A stretch of 63,882 nucleotides of DNA, filler included, from Licmophora abbreviata (GCA_900291995.1; 12 parts of 12 records of this genome joined end to end with filler, not necessarily neighbours in it); one strand, 5' to 3'; shown: positions 43,767 through 55,400, numbered from the whole stretch's first letter. The notes: generated by a model not told the origin, from the letters alone. Translations and numbers: made by a program.

Positions 43767-45871
43767 TCATCCAAGCTGCGCCAGCTGAGACATAAAGTCA
43801 GACGGATCCAACAGTTCTGTACTTCCGTAACTGACTCGTCGACGTTCGTCTGCCACCATTTGCAGGTTCTGGTACTCGGCGTAGCACCCGCCGCCGATCA
43901 CAAAGGCAATAACTTCTCGTACTGGCGCTCGCGTCGTGTTGCGCAACGAATTGACGTCGACGTCGCCCTTGACCTTGGGATCGAGATACAAGTAGTCTTG
44001 ATCCTCGCTATTCGGCTTCATATCACAAAGATTCTCCACCACTTGTGTCGCGCGATGCTTGTGAATCTTTCCCAGCATGGTCCCCATCTTCTCCGTAGCC
44101 TTGGCCAACAGTCCGGTCGCCTGCGTTGTCGCGCGTGCCATGAAGCTGGACAGCATGTCCGGATTGCTCGTGCTATCCTCGCTCGCTACCATTTCCTGTA
44201 AATCCGTTGCAGCCGGAATCATATGCATGGTGCGTAGCTGCTTGATGTACTGAATCCCTCGCGCTCCTACCGCCAGGTGTTCTTTGCCGGCCTTGTCCAG
44301 CAGTTCACGATCTCCCGTATCCTCATTCGCAAGTCCCTTAGACTCCAGGGCATCCTTCATGGCCATCGCCACCTCATCGACTTCCGCGCTCTTGGCCGTC
44401 GTGGACAGCATGTACACCATGACAAGTCGGACCTTATCTTGCACATTTCCCTTGGTCGGATCCGTGACTAGTTCCAATACCTTCTGTTTGGCCTGCGCCA
44501 GGTCCTTCTTGTAGTAACCAGTCGCCAGACTGCTTTCGAGCTCATAAAATTGTGGCACATCCCGTGCTGCCACCTGTGCCATGACAGCCTGAAGAATAGA
44601 CGTGTGTACTTCCAATTGCTTCTTGCGATCCAAGAGAGCCGGCAAACTGTCCACTGCAGTGGCGAGTTCATTGGCGCCAGCATTGTTGTTGCTCACGATG
44701 GGATCGGTAGTGTTGGCACCACGCGATCGAATCTGCTGTTCCTTCTGCGTCACTTGCTGCAATTCGATACCATTACTTTCAATGGCCTCAGGGAAGGGTT
44801 GGAACTTATGTTCCGCATAGAATGGATCTTGGTCTGGATCCAAGTCGTACTTTTTAGTGACGGTCTTTTTGGATGTCTCTCCTCCGACCTTGACTGTGAA
44901 CTCGACACGGTTGCTCGAATGCTTGAGTAGATCATCGATCAATGCCTGATAGGTACTGCTGTGTTGAATGGGAGTGACGAGATCGGCATTGCGATCCAAG
45001 AGAACCAGCAGGGGACGCGTTTGGGACGACTTGGTGGCCCGCAGCAGCGTGGGGTGTTCGGCAATCATGCGATTCAGCTTGCGTGCGACCATTTCGGGGG
45101 CTCCGCCCTACACACAATCAACAAGAGAGAAAGAGAGAGTTGATTTGCGTGAGAGTGACGTCCTTCGCACATTGTTTCAGGTCACTTCATAAGACACACC
45201 TTGGGACACCGAATAATGGGGACATAGTTCAAGGATGCCACGACACTAAAGAGTCCATAGGCTACTTGCGTCATGCAGTCTTCCATACTCTGCTCGGTCG
45301 CACTTGGATTGTTGTATAGCGCATACGAGTTGGCCTTGTGCAGACTGAACAAGTTCTGTTCCAAGCAGACATAGTCCAAGTACAAGTCGTGGACACTCGC
45401 AACGCATTCGAGCGATCCCGACTGCACGACGAGTCGAGCAAACTCTTCCATGAGACTGCGATCGAGTTTGGTACAAAAATTCAAATGAACCTTCTGATAC
45501 AAGCCTTTACTGCAGTCGGAAGCAATCAATTTAAGATTCTGTGGTGTGGGCATGCAAAAATAGATTGCAGGGACATCGGGGATTGGTTCTCGTTCGCTGC
45601 TGTTGAGCAGCAAATGCAGGGTGACTCCTCGCTTGCGCAGTTGCGAAACACTCATGAGCGGTGATATGATGCTGCGGCAGGCCTGATCGTAAATTAGAAT
45701 TTTCCACTGATTGTGAGAGGACCCGGCCGGTGGAAGGTGATAGTCCTTGTCGTCATCGGCACCTCCATTGCTACTACCACTAGGAAGTAAATCCTCATCG
45801 TGAAAGGCCAGCATCTTGTGGACGGCGTGCAGTTGCGCCGATTTTAGCGAAGCAGCAGTCGAGAAAGCCAT
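43767..45871 (-). CDS. SLY1: Sec1/Munc18 family protein Sly1/SCFD1 (intron 45199-45108)
   Basis: WKILIYD, ISPL.SV..LRK.GVTLHL, REPIPDVPAIYF, PIIRCPK|GGAPEMVA, RPLLVLLDRN.DL, YQALIDD, FVIGGG.Y.EYQNL, YGSTEL. Confidence 0.95.
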
Positions 45872-46044
45872 TTCTGAGACTAGAGAATGAGAAAAAAGAC
45901 TTCAACGCAGCGAGAGAAAGAGGATGTTGGAAGATCAGAAGAAGAGTCGTCTTGTGCAAGCCACAGGAGGACGACGGCATCGCGAGACTTGGCTGGCTGC
46001 GCCTTGTCGCTCTCTCCCCGTCATTTTTGCCGGCGGTCATAGCA

Positions 46045-46151
46045 TTTTGATTTTTCAATTTTTGATTCTTCAAACTGTCCAAAATGCAAAATGACTACTT
46101 TCGGTCGAAAGACAGACAGAAATTCAAAAATCAAAAATATCACTGACGTCA
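46045..46151. promoter_or_regulatory. Imperfect 16-bp inverted repeat plus a TGACGTCA palindrome in a bidirectional intergenic region
   Basis: TTTTGATTTTTCAATT (46045-46060) versus AATTCAAAAATCAAAA (46121-46136), 15/16 complementary; TGACGTCA at 46144-46151. Function is inferred only. Confidence 0.3.
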
Positions 46152-46301
46152 AATGACATTTCCAACAGCGCGCCCTAAACTTTTTGATGGCCATCCAAAA
46201 TCCAAACCTCCCGAACCATGATCGGCGGCGTCACACACATCGGCGTTGAGGGGACTGCATCAAGAATCTGTAGCCAGCGGCTTACTTGTTGACTTTTTTC
46301 G

Positions 46302-47048
46302 ATGCGAGATCAGACCAATAGCGCAGGCGTCGTCCTGCTGACACTAGTATGGCTTCCATGTTATCTGGTTTTGCTGGTCCAGTCTTTCTCGCCGGTTGCT
46401 ATTCCGAAATTCCGCACGGCCTTCGGCGATTCAACAAGGATACCACCATCATCCAGATCGTCACTTTCCATGGCATCCATCACCCCGTTCGAAGCAGATT
46501 TCTACTCCGATGGCAGTGACGACGAAGATGATGATGAAAGTAATCCGTTCTCATCCTCGTCATCATCACCCCTTAAGGTCCCTCCCGACACGAAACTGGT
46601 GCTTGGCTTGAACAAGTACTCACACGACACTAGTCTCTGTGCAGCCTGCGCCGAGACAGGCCGTGTTCTATTCTCATTGAGCAAGGAACGACTCTCACGA
46701 CGCAAGCACGATGGTGGGAATGTGGCAACGCTCGTAGAGACCTGTCTAGAGCAATTGGATCTCCCGTCAGCCGAGGACAGTATAGAAAGAGTTGTCATCA
46801 ACAATCATCATCATCGTGTACTACCGGTCATTGAAAAAGATGCGTCACACATGGAATGGGAATGTGGATTGGGATAAACGGTGGAACTGAAGATGGGTAC
46901 GACGACGAAGACAATTTACTGTCGCATGCGGAAAAACATGAACTGTCGCATCATTTGGCACATGCCTACAGCGCCGCCACTCAAGCGCCCTTTCAGACTG
47001 GTCTCGTGGTCATTATGGACGGCAGTGGGAGAAACTTACCGAGCGATG
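46302..47048 (+). CDS. Carbamoyltransferase (NodU/CmcH/TobZ family), N-terminal part, probably plastid-targeted; two apparent frameshifts; truncated by gap
   Basis: VLGLNKYSHDTSLC, SKERLSRRKHDGG, HHLAHAYSA, VIMDG; signal peptide with VQS-FSP cleavage motif. Confidence 0.82.
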
Positions 47049-47148
47049 NNNNNNNNNNNNNNNNNNNNNNNNNNNNNNNNNNNNNNNNNNNNTTAATTAA
47101 TTAANNNNNNNNNNNNNNNNNNNNNNNNNNNNNNNNNNNNNNNNNNNN
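47049..47148. other. Artificial scaffold spacer
   Basis: 100-nt N/TTAATTAATTAA linker. Confidence 0.97.
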
Positions 47149-47150
47149 GA

Positions 47151-48095
47151 CAGGTTTGGAACAAGCGACGACAACGACAAATTACACCATCATCAACAAC
47201 AACAACATTCGCATCACGCTCTGAGTTAGTATTGCGAGGACAGGCCCGACGAGACTTTCATGTGCAACAGCAACACGCCATGTTGGAGCGGAGTCGTGCT
47301 GCCGCGGCTGGCACCACCAGTAGTGGCAGTAGTGCTGCTGCCAATGATGAAAACATTGACTACGAGGCGATTCGACAACCAGAACGAGCGTCTTCTACTT
47401 GGCCATCATCATCAGCATCTACTTCTTCATTGCTTCGAATCACACGAGCTCGACTCAAGGATCTACTGCACCGGACTGCCGGACAGTTCCTTCGAGCACT
47501 GCAAGATCATCCCGAAGGTCCGCACAACATCGAGTCGACCGAAGGACAAACGTCCTCATTTTCCGTTGTCAAGTGGATAGTACGATTGAATCTTGCACAC
47601 TATTGCCTTACAGCCAATCGCCATGGCGACGGTGGTTATCCAACGTTACTACATCGATTACTGGGTACAACTACTACGACAAAGAAACAGCGTGCAGCAG
47701 ATGGTGCTCTTCCACATCGGATCTTGACGGAACAACCCGCCTCTTTGAAAATAGTGGGAAATTTGATTTTCCTTCAGGCAGGAATCATGGTGGTGAAAGC
47801 AGTGGCAGCATATCTGGCAGAACAACAACAACACGTTTCGAACGAATCAATCCCTGACGACTCGACGGCGAGTAGTCTATTTCCATCATTATCATCATCA
47901 TTGCGTGTGTCGACAAGAAATGTTTGCAGTATTTGTCGTATGCCACGCATGGACCATGCTGCATCGTCCAAATGTGGGCATGTCTTTTGTTGGAAGTGTC
48001 TCTATCAGTGGACCGTACGCACGCCGGAATGTCCCGTGTGTCGTGTCCCTTGTCGGCCACAGGAAATTTTAGCTTTGTATCAGTATGAGGCTTAA
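47151..48095 (+). CDS. PEX10: Peroxisomal RING E3 ligase Pex10-like, 3' part
   Basis: RLNLAHY...G.YPTL.HRLLG (Pex2/Pex12 N-domain-like) and a C3HC4 RING CSIC...CGHVFCWKC..W.....ECPVCR....PQ. Confidence 0.75.
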   Translation, partial: QVWNKRRQRQITPSSTTTTFASRSELVLRGQARRDFHVQQQHAMLERSRAAAAGTTSSGSSAAANDENIDYEAIRQPERASSTWPSSSASTSSLLRITRARLKDLLHRTAGQFLRALQDHPEGPHNIESTEGQTSSFSVVKWIVRLNLAHYCLTANRHGDGGYPTLLHRLLGTTTTTKKQRAADGALPHRILTEQPASLKIVGNLIFLQAGIMVVKAVAAYLAEQQQHVSNESIPDDSTASSLFPSLSSSLRVSTRNVCSICRMPRMDHAASSKCGHVFCWKCLYQWTVRTPECPVCRVPCRPQEILALYQYEA

Positions 48096-48379
48096 AACAC
48101 AAAGAGAGTTGGTATACAGATCCAGATACTCGTGGACAAGGATAGTAGTAGCAACAACTTCGAACGAACAGGCGTGACAAGCGTTATTTGGTTGGAGGCG
48201 TAATGAGGCCTGAAGGATACAAGGATACGCATGCACTCTTCCAAATATTCAATATACTTCCACGTGTAATGTAAGGATATTTTTTATGTCGCATAATCCA
48301 TGACACTCATTCGGGTCGACGGCATCATCAGTTCTCCTCATTGTGTTTCCTCCCCTGTCCAGTCAACCCCCCTCTCTTC

Positions 48380-49936
48380 ATGAGTCAAGTTTACGCATCG
48401 GAACCGTCCACATCGGGCCGGGTTGTCTTTGAGACGACGCACGGTCCACTCGAGATGCAGCTGTGGTGCCGCGAGTGTCCCACGGCGACTCGCGTCTTTT
48501 TGCAGCTCTGTATGGACGGTTTCTTTGACACCATGGTCTTTCATCGGATCGTTCCTGACTTTTTGATTCAAACGGGAGCTGTGCGACAAAGTGACGCGAC
48601 AAAAGACAACAACAACAGCAGCCTTCTGGATAGTACGTACCGGACTGCTGTATTGGAGGCCGACGAGGCCTTGCAGCGACGCAAGTATGAAGTACATTCG
48701 CGGTTGCGATTCAATCATCGTGGACAAGTAGCAATGGCGCTTGGTGTCAACGATGATGACGATGCGGAATTGCAGCCACAGTTCTTTATAACTCTCGACG
48801 AAGCGCCCTATTTGGATGGCAAACACGTTCTCTTTGGGACCGTCGCTGGGCCGACTATCTTCAATGCCATTCGTATCAGTAAGACGCTAGTCGACGAGGC
48901 AACGAATCAGCCTGTGGACTTGGAGGATGCTCCGTGTATTCGATCTGTCAAAATTGTGGAGAATCCTGTCTTCTCCGACCTCGTGCCACACGCCTCTGTA
49001 CCCTGGAGACAAGAGGCGAGCGAAGACAAGCAAAAGAAGAAGAAAAAGAAGCGGAAAGGCAAGAAGGACGTCAATGTATTGAGTTTTGGGGACGAGCTAG
49101 AAGATGGACTGGACCAGCACGTTGGTATCCAGAGCAGTCATGATGTTGTTGCCAGTGCCGTGTTGGGAAAGCAGGTTGACGAGCAAGTGCGACAAACGGT
49201 GGCGCTATCCGAGAGCGACCAACGAGAGTTGTCCAATGAAAGCAGCTCATTGTCGGTGGAAAAGACAGCGACGTCTCAAAGTAGGAAGCTACCGTCGATT
49301 GAAAAGGCGAACGCAGACACCCCACTGTCACCCGAGGCACGTGGGCCCAAACAGGACATCCCACCTGGAATTGGCGATCCGTCGACAGTCCTACGCAAGG
49401 CCGTACCCCATATGGATTCAAGGCCTTCCGGTGAAGTTCCGGCTGTGAGTCTTGTGGAGGCACGGAGAGCGAAATACAAAAGCAAGTCATCCACCAACAA
49501 GGCTACTCGCGAAGGTGAAACAATGGCAAAATTATTTGCATTTCAGCGAAAAGTTCGTGGATCGGATAAGACGAATTCTCAGTCTGGCGCAGATAAGGAC
49601 GACTCTCTGGCATCTCGAATGTTGAAGAAAGCTAAAGACAAGAAACTAGACTCCGCAGAAGTAGATGACACGATTCCTACATATCATGGTCAGATCCTGG
49701 AAGAAGACAGCGGTGAAAATTTCACTGGGGGAGATTGGATGAAGACAAAGTTCAGGTGCCGGAAGCACATGGACCACGGACCGGGCGAGGACAGAAAAGG
49801 AGGGGATGGTCGTGATATGGACGACTACATGGTTGTCGACGAGAAGCACCGGGAAAATAGACGTGGGCATCACAAGCGGCGAAAACACGAGGCATCACGG
49901 CCCCGTCACCATTGGAACCGCAAGGACCAGACCTAA
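48380..49936 (+). CDS. CWC27: Spliceosome-associated cyclophilin CWC27
   Basis: MSQVY..EP.TSGRV..ETT.G, LW..ECP...R.F.QLC.DG, FHRIVP.F.IQ.G, E.HSRLRF.HRG.VAM, QFFITL, LSFGDE. Confidence 0.92.
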   Translation: MSQVYASEPSTSGRVVFETTHGPLEMQLWCRECPTATRVFLQLCMDGFFDTMVFHRIVPDFLIQTGAVRQSDATKDNNNSSLLDSTYRTAVLEADEALQRRKYEVHSRLRFNHRGQVAMALGVNDDDDAELQPQFFITLDEAPYLDGKHVLFGTVAGPTIFNAIRISKTLVDEATNQPVDLEDAPCIRSVKIVENPVFSDLVPHASVPWRQEASEDKQKKKKKKRKGKKDVNVLSFGDELEDGLDQHVGIQSSHDVVASAVLGKQVDEQVRQTVALSESDQRELSNESSSLSVEKTATSQSRKLPSIEKANADTPLSPEARGPKQDIPPGIGDPSTVLRKAVPHMDSRPSGEVPAVSLVEARRAKYKSKSSTNKATREGETMAKLFAFQRKVRGSDKTNSQSGADKDDSLASRMLKKAKDKKLDSAEVDDTIPTYHGQILEEDSGENFTGGDWMKTKFRCRKHMDHGPGEDRKGGDGRDMDDYMVVDEKHRENRRGHHKRRKHEASRPRHHWNRKDQT

Positions 49937-49975
49937 ACAGGGAACTACAATAGGACACACTTCTACTGACTAGTT

Positions 49976-52348
49976 CTACATGATGCTGCCAGCAAGGACC
50001 TTGGAAACAAACCGAAACGTATCAAATGTCGTTCGCTTCTTGAACAGCCCTCCACTTGGATGGGAGTTGATTTTCTTGGCGATAGCCTCGATGTCACTTT
50101 CATAGCGCGATTTTAACTCGGAGGCTCCGAAGTCTGTCACGATTCGAATGAAGTCTTCAGTCATGTCCAGATTCCCGAGAATGTCAACGTGCTCAGCGCT
50201 GTACGGACCGGATCGCATCGGGTCGTCAACCAGGAACTCCGGTCGATGTTTGTATTCCCTGGTGATGACCTCTGAGTTTGATGGATTGAGTCCCGAGTTT
50301 TGTCGTCTCCAGGCATCCGCGCAGAGGTAGCCCATGGAAAGCAGTGGAGCGGACCCATCGCCGTCAGAGGTGCGCACGCCATGCACGGTCATTCGTTCAG
50401 GTTCATTCACTCGAGTGTCCATGACGAAAGGTGGATCGTAATGGTGATTGTGACACTTCGTAATATTCTCGTATGCGTCGGGGGTTGTTTCTGCTGCGTT
50501 CTTTCTGTAAAAGTAAGCTCGTTCAGTCTCGAGACCAACTCCATACAAACAGAACACCTTCATCGAGGGTGCGTAAGGCAGAGGCGTTCGAGACGCGTCG
50601 TGCCATGTACGAAACGACGGCAGGTCATTCCTGTCGAACGAAAAGACTCGCGACGAAGCCAATGATGAACCTATACCACCTCCCCACTTGGAAAGAAACG
50701 CCACGGTGTTTTCGACGGTAACGCTCTTCAAGCGCGAAAAGTCTTCGATAAGCTGGCCGAGACCAGCTTCGTCTCCATATTCGTTCTCCTTGGTATCTTC
50801 GCACTGCGCGGAGTCATTGACAGGAGGATTCCTCGCTGATTCATCAGTCAGCTGAAGAAGAGGTACAAACGAGTTGTCGTTGCTATCTTTCTCTTTTTCT
50901 CCAACAATGTCGGCCCCGACGCCCCAAATGGCATCACCGCCGGTTGGGAGCATGGCCCACAAGGAGCCCCAAGTTCTCCAGAGCTCCTTCCGCAGCCGAC
51001 GGCCGAAGAATTGTTCGACGAACGAGCCAAATGTGCCAATTAACAGGCTTGTATCGCGCATTTCTCCAGAAAGAAGTGCGGTTGTGGACTTGACGACACC
51101 AAGCAGGGGTCCCGCAATGTTGACAAATGTATGCACATGACTGTTGACCCAGTCTTTGCCACCCCCGCCTCCGCCGTCCTCAGTGCTGGCTGTGACCCAA
51201 GCAAAGAAATATATAAGAACTTGGGACCCCATGGAATGAGATATTAAAACAGCTTTCTTTCCTGTGGTCTCATGCATTGCTTCGATTGTATGTTTCAGCT
51301 TTGTAAAATAGCCATCACGCTGCTCCAGCATGGGGAACGCCATACGCCAATCGTATGCCGCAATTGTCATAGTTGATCCATCATAGCCTACATCGGCTAA
51401 ATTCTCAATCAGCTTGCCCCATACCCAGTAGTTTCCGATAAAATAGTCTGCCGCCTCGAAGCCTTGGGCTGGGCGCAGTCGGATATTTTCGGGGTCGCCT
51501 CCCGTCAAGGGATCCAGTGCAAGATGTTCCTTCCAGCAGTCTCGTTCCATTAGGAACTGTCTCGCAGATCCCACCCCACCCCACATGCGCTCTCGAAAAT
51601 GCTTTCGTGCACACTCCTTCCCCTCCCAGAGCTCGAGTCCAGATGTAACAAAGCCAGGAATCATCACCACGGGGTAGTTTGCCTTGGCGCCCTGCTGGGC
51701 TAGCTGATATCCGGGACGCGAGCGCGACGTTGACGCATAAGCGGAAGAAATGGACTCATTTCGCAACATCATCCAAACATCTAGATTGGGCAACAGGGAG
51801 CCCTCAAAGATATCATCTAGACTAGGCATGTCGGGCTTGGGCACGCCCGCCTTTTCCAAGGTCCAAACGATGATAAACATGATGATCCAGAATGCTATCC
51901 CGTAAATCAAAGCCTTCCGGCCTGGCCGGTACGAATTGAATCTGGCGGCTGCAGAGTCATCTGAGAACTGAATTTCTTTCACTGGAGGCGATACTCCAGA
52001 GCTAGGAGTGTCCGGATCATCTTCGTCTAGCGTGGTTCTGGGAATACAAGGTACCACCGGCACATCGGATTGAGGCTTCCCTGCCTGTTGAATTAGTTCT
52101 GCATGATGCACTTCCCTCTCCAACAATGGCTGAAATCGATTTAGAAGATCCGCCAATGGACTTTCATCTCGATGCATCTCAAAACTATCATCACCGTCAT
52201 CATCTTGCTGAAAGACTTCAATGTATTCCTCCTCTGGACTCGGCGGGAACTCCGGGAGCGGTTCCAGCGATTCCCAATCCTCGGGATTGACGTCGTCTTC
52301 GTCTTCTTCGAATCCGCCTTCGCCAAGCAGAGGCCTCCTCTGCCCCAT
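49976..52348 (-). CDS. PDAT: Phospholipid:diacylglycerol acyltransferase (LCAT family)
   Basis: PVVMIPGFVTSGLELW, CW..HL.LD..TG.DP, AADYF..NYWVW, AAYDWR, SHSMG, CLYGVG.ETER.Y, DGDGS.PL, HVDILG; N-terminal TM. The start is probably MGQRR at 52348. Confidence 0.93.
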   Translation of the reverse strand: MGQRRPLLGEGGFEEDEDDVNPEDWESLEPLPEFPPSPEEEYIEVFQQDDDGDDSFEMHRDESPLADLLNRFQPLLEREVHHAELIQQAGKPQSDVPVVPCIPRTTLDEDDPDTPSSGVSPPVKEIQFSDDSAAARFNSYRPGRKALIYGIAFWIIMFIIVWTLEKAGVPKPDMPSLDDIFEGSLLPNLDVWMMLRNESISSAYASTSRSRPGYQLAQQGAKANYPVVMIPGFVTSGLELWEGKECARKHFRERMWGGVGSARQFLMERDCWKEHLALDPLTGGDPENIRLRPAQGFEAADYFIGNYWVWGKLIENLADVGYDGSTMTIAAYDWRMAFPMLEQRDGYFTKLKHTIEAMHETTGKKAVLISHSMGSQVLIYFFAWVTASTEDGGGGGGKDWVNSHVHTFVNIAGPLLGVVKSTTALLSGEMRDTSLLIGTFGSFVEQFFGRRLRKELWRTWGSLWAMLPTGGDAIWGVGADIVGEKEKDSNDNSFVPLLQLTDESARNPPVNDSAQCEDTKENEYGDEAGLGQLIEDFSRLKSVTVENTVAFLSKWGGGIGSSLASSRVFSFDRNDLPSFRTWHDASRTPLPYAPSMKVFCLYGVGLETERAYFYRKNAAETTPDAYENITKCHNHHYDPPFVMDTRVNEPERMTVHGVRTSDGDGSAPLLSMGYLCADAWRRQNSGLNPSNSEVITREYKHRPEFLVDDPMRSGPYSAEHVDILGNLDMTEDFIRIVTDFGASELKSRYESDIEAIAKKINSHPSGGLFKKRTTFDTFRFVSKVLAGSIM

Positions 52349-52934
52349 CCTTTCTGGAGACCCAGACGTCAGGTGATAGTCTTGGATGCTAATGGTAATT
52401 GGATTGAAAAGAAAAGAGGCACGTTGTCGACGACACACTCCGAAGGAATTCGACGAGAAATCTCACTCAATCAGAATGGCGACGCGTTCATGGATCGCCA
52501 TCTCGAAAGAAACTCAAAACTCAAAACTCACGCAACACACGCCTCCTTGTCGACGTCACACGGGACTGATGCCCACTTCCCACGAATGACAAGTAAGTAT
52601 GTGTTGTGAGTTGGGGTTCAAATGTTCTAAGGCGCCCTAAGTTCGTCTGGCACCATCAATGGAATGCTATGATACATCACAGCAAAGGGAATCCTTTCAA
52701 TGATAGGCCTTACTTGCTGCTACCATTTGAACGCTGAAAACCATCTCGTGAAAGCACACCACGGTGAAGGTCGCCGGAACCGGGATAAGGATCATACAAA
52801 AAAGCTCTAGCAACATTATCTATGGAAACAATTCTATTTCAACGAAAAGGTTCCTTTTGTTTTGCTTGAGCTTGTGATCTGAAGGTTGCTGCCCTATAAT
52901 CATCTAATATATGTTCAACGTTGTGCAGGTTTCG

Positions 52935-53369
52935 TCATGACGACGCTCTTCCGGAAAGAATCAGACTGTGACGTACAATCTCTTCTTCTGCTTCGGCCAC
53001 ATCCACAAACTGCCCCCATGTATCTGGCTCAACAAACTTTTGGGGTTTGGGAAGAATCATTCGTTTCTTTGATGCAATAGTGGAGTTGTTGCTACTAGCC
53101 ATGTAATCCCGAATGTCCAAAGAAGAGTTCTTCAGCATGGGATGTCTCGGTAGATTCTGCGATGCCTCTTCAGTCGTCTGCTGTACTGGTGACACACTTC
53201 CAGAGGATGATGCTGTCCATGGTACAGTCGCATTGTCCATAGACCAAGCCCCGAACCACTGCGAGAGTACCGATACGTCGGTGGATGATGTTCTGGGCGA
53301 CTGTGAGCGAGAGCTGCTGAACCGTCTCCGGTGCTTCATGAAGCTGTTCTGGCTGAGAAGACGAGGCAT
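52935..53369 (-). CDS. Small Ser-rich disordered hypothetical protein with a C-terminal WGQFVD motif
   Basis: 144-aa ATG ORF, low complexity except EPDTWGQFVDVAEAEEEI. Confidence 0.65.
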   Translation of the reverse strand: MPRLLSQNSFMKHRRRFSSSRSQSPRTSSTDVSVLSQWFGAWSMDNATVPWTASSSGSVSPVQQTTEEASQNLPRHPMLKNSSLDIRDYMASSNNSTIASKKRMILPKPQKFVEPDTWGQFVDVAEAEEEIVRHSLILSGRASS

Positions 53370-53846
53370 GGTGGACTGTGATCACAGGGGTGGTTGCAGT
53401 TGCTTCTGGGTACCAAGTACAATTTGAGACTACCGCTGCGGTCGAAATGGCAATTGAAATTGAGAATGCAATTGTGAAGATCGAGGCGTGGCTTCAATCA
53501 AAAGATTTCGGAACACGTCATCTCAGATGTCAGAGAAGCTTCTACCACCTATTTATGGAACGAACAGATGAAGATTACTCACATTGAACGTATAGTTATT
53601 CCAGAAGATTCAGGGACATTTACATCAGAAAGACAATATATAAAATGCTTTCTCAGAATACGACGAGCTCTGAGAACATTCACCAAACACCCGAGCTCGA
53701 AGTTTGATTCGAAAGGACACGGAACGCAAAACACGACGATTTCGCGACCATGGAGAGGTGACCGCCAGCTACATACTCTACTGACCATGTACGAACGCTT
53801 GAAAGTCATTCACTCTGGTCCACTGTAACCCTTCACTCGTGTTAGT

Positions 53847-55102
53847 ATGTCAGGAGAAAGATCGCATCAACCAGACTCCGAATGGAGCAAAGATGGTCGA
53901 GTACAGGCTGCGGCGCCGATGGTGGCTGGATTCATGGGAGGCCTTGTCAGTACGGTCCTCCTTTATCCGTTGGACTTGTTAAAAGTCCGTCTCCAGGTGA
54001 ACGAAGATCACTTGTCGCATGTTGCAAAGAATCACGCAGCTGCGCGAAGATTGACTGCAACCCGGGCGTTCAGGAGTATAGTGCGCCACGAGGGCTTTCT
54101 GGGCCTGTATCAGGGCCTGGGCCCGGCCGTGACTGGGTCTGCACTCTCATGGGGTGGATACTTTTTCATTTATGAAGGAGCCAAGCGAATGTATGCGAAA
54201 TACAAATCCGAGACACTAGGGGACACAAAGTTCGTTCATTTCAACTCGATGGAGAACTTTTCCATGGCATGCTTCTCCGGGGCTTGTATGGTAGCGCTTA
54301 CGAATCCCATTTGGTACGTGAAAGGGTCGGAACACCTCTTGTTGAGAGGCTTGCGGTTGGGCTTTTTAATATGAATGCTATCGTCCGTGGCTATATGTTG
54401 GTCTCGTCTATTCTAATGTGTTTCCTTGTCCGACTTGACGATGCGCGACAGGTTGATCAAGACTCGAATGCAGCTACAAATGAAGGAGGTTGCGAGAGAG
54501 AGACATTTGAAACCGCCTTATACGTCGATGGTGAACGCGTTCTCCACAATTGTTAGAGAAGAAGGACCTCTTGCGCTCTACAAAGGTGCAGGACCAGCTT
54601 TGTTGCTCGTGTCACATGGCGGTATTCAGTTCGTCGTGTACGAGTTTTTGAAACGACATTTTCATACATCCCGAGGCGAGCGAGTGTCTCAACAGCCCCT
54701 CACGGAGCGGCTATATCTATCTGCCGGCTACTTGACAATTGGGGCCATTGCAAAAATGTACGTAGAATGATGGGCGGTGTTTGTTGTAAGGCTGTGACGA
54801 TTGAATCGCTTATCGTGTCGTGCACATTTCGCAGTGTCGCTAGTACGACAACATATCCCCTGCAAGTGATCAAATCGAGGCTTCAACAGAGATCTGAATC
54901 GTTAGAACTTACATCAGAGGGTGAAGTAAGGGTTGTCAAGCGAGAGTACCGGGGCTTGCTTGGTGCGATACGACGTATCTGTCGAAAAGAGGGAATTCCA
55001 GGGTTCTTCAAAGGCTGTATTCCCAATACGCTTCGTGTAGCACCTGTAGCAGCCGTCACCTTTGTAGTATACGAGACAGTAATGGATGCGTTAGGGCAAT
55101 GA
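53847..55102 (+). CDS. Mitochondrial carrier family protein, folate/FAD(NAD) carrier SLC25A32-like (introns 54314-54451, 54758-54834)
   Basis: Three carrier signatures YPLDLLKVRLQ, NPIW|LIKTRMQ and YPLQVIKSRLQ; GS..SWG.YF and SHGGIQF..YE. Confidence 0.9.
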
Positions 55103-55200
55103 AGATACGCTGGCGTTAAACAGAGAGTACGAATACCGGTAGTTACAAGTAAACGTCGTCCGTGTATATTGCGGGCGATGAAGTCTTGATTGACCCTCAG

Positions 55201-55300
55201 NNNNNNNNNNNNNNNNNNNNNNNNNNNNNNNNNNNNNNNNNNNNTTAATTAATTAANNNNNNNNNNNNNNNNNNNNNNNNNNNNNNNNNNNNNNNNNNNN
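55201..55300. other. Artificial scaffold spacer
   Basis: 100-nt N/TTAATTAATTAA linker. Confidence 0.97.
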
Positions 55301-55400
55301 AACCCGGAGCATACATTTCTACAAGAAAAATCCATCACAAAAAGGTTGCTGTGCCCATGATGGGACTGATGTAGAAATTGGGAACGAATCTTCCACCATC

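Noticed and set aside
2912..45871. Apparent secretory-pathway gene cluster (GPR107-like, SEC22, EHD-like, QSOX, SLY1)
   Set aside because: These genes are interspersed with unrelated ones and split across contigs. There is no evidence beyond chance without synteny or co-expression data.
46302..47048. Carbamoyltransferase as evidence for a saxitoxin-like toxin cluster
   Set aside because: No other biosynthetic genes are nearby and the family is broad.
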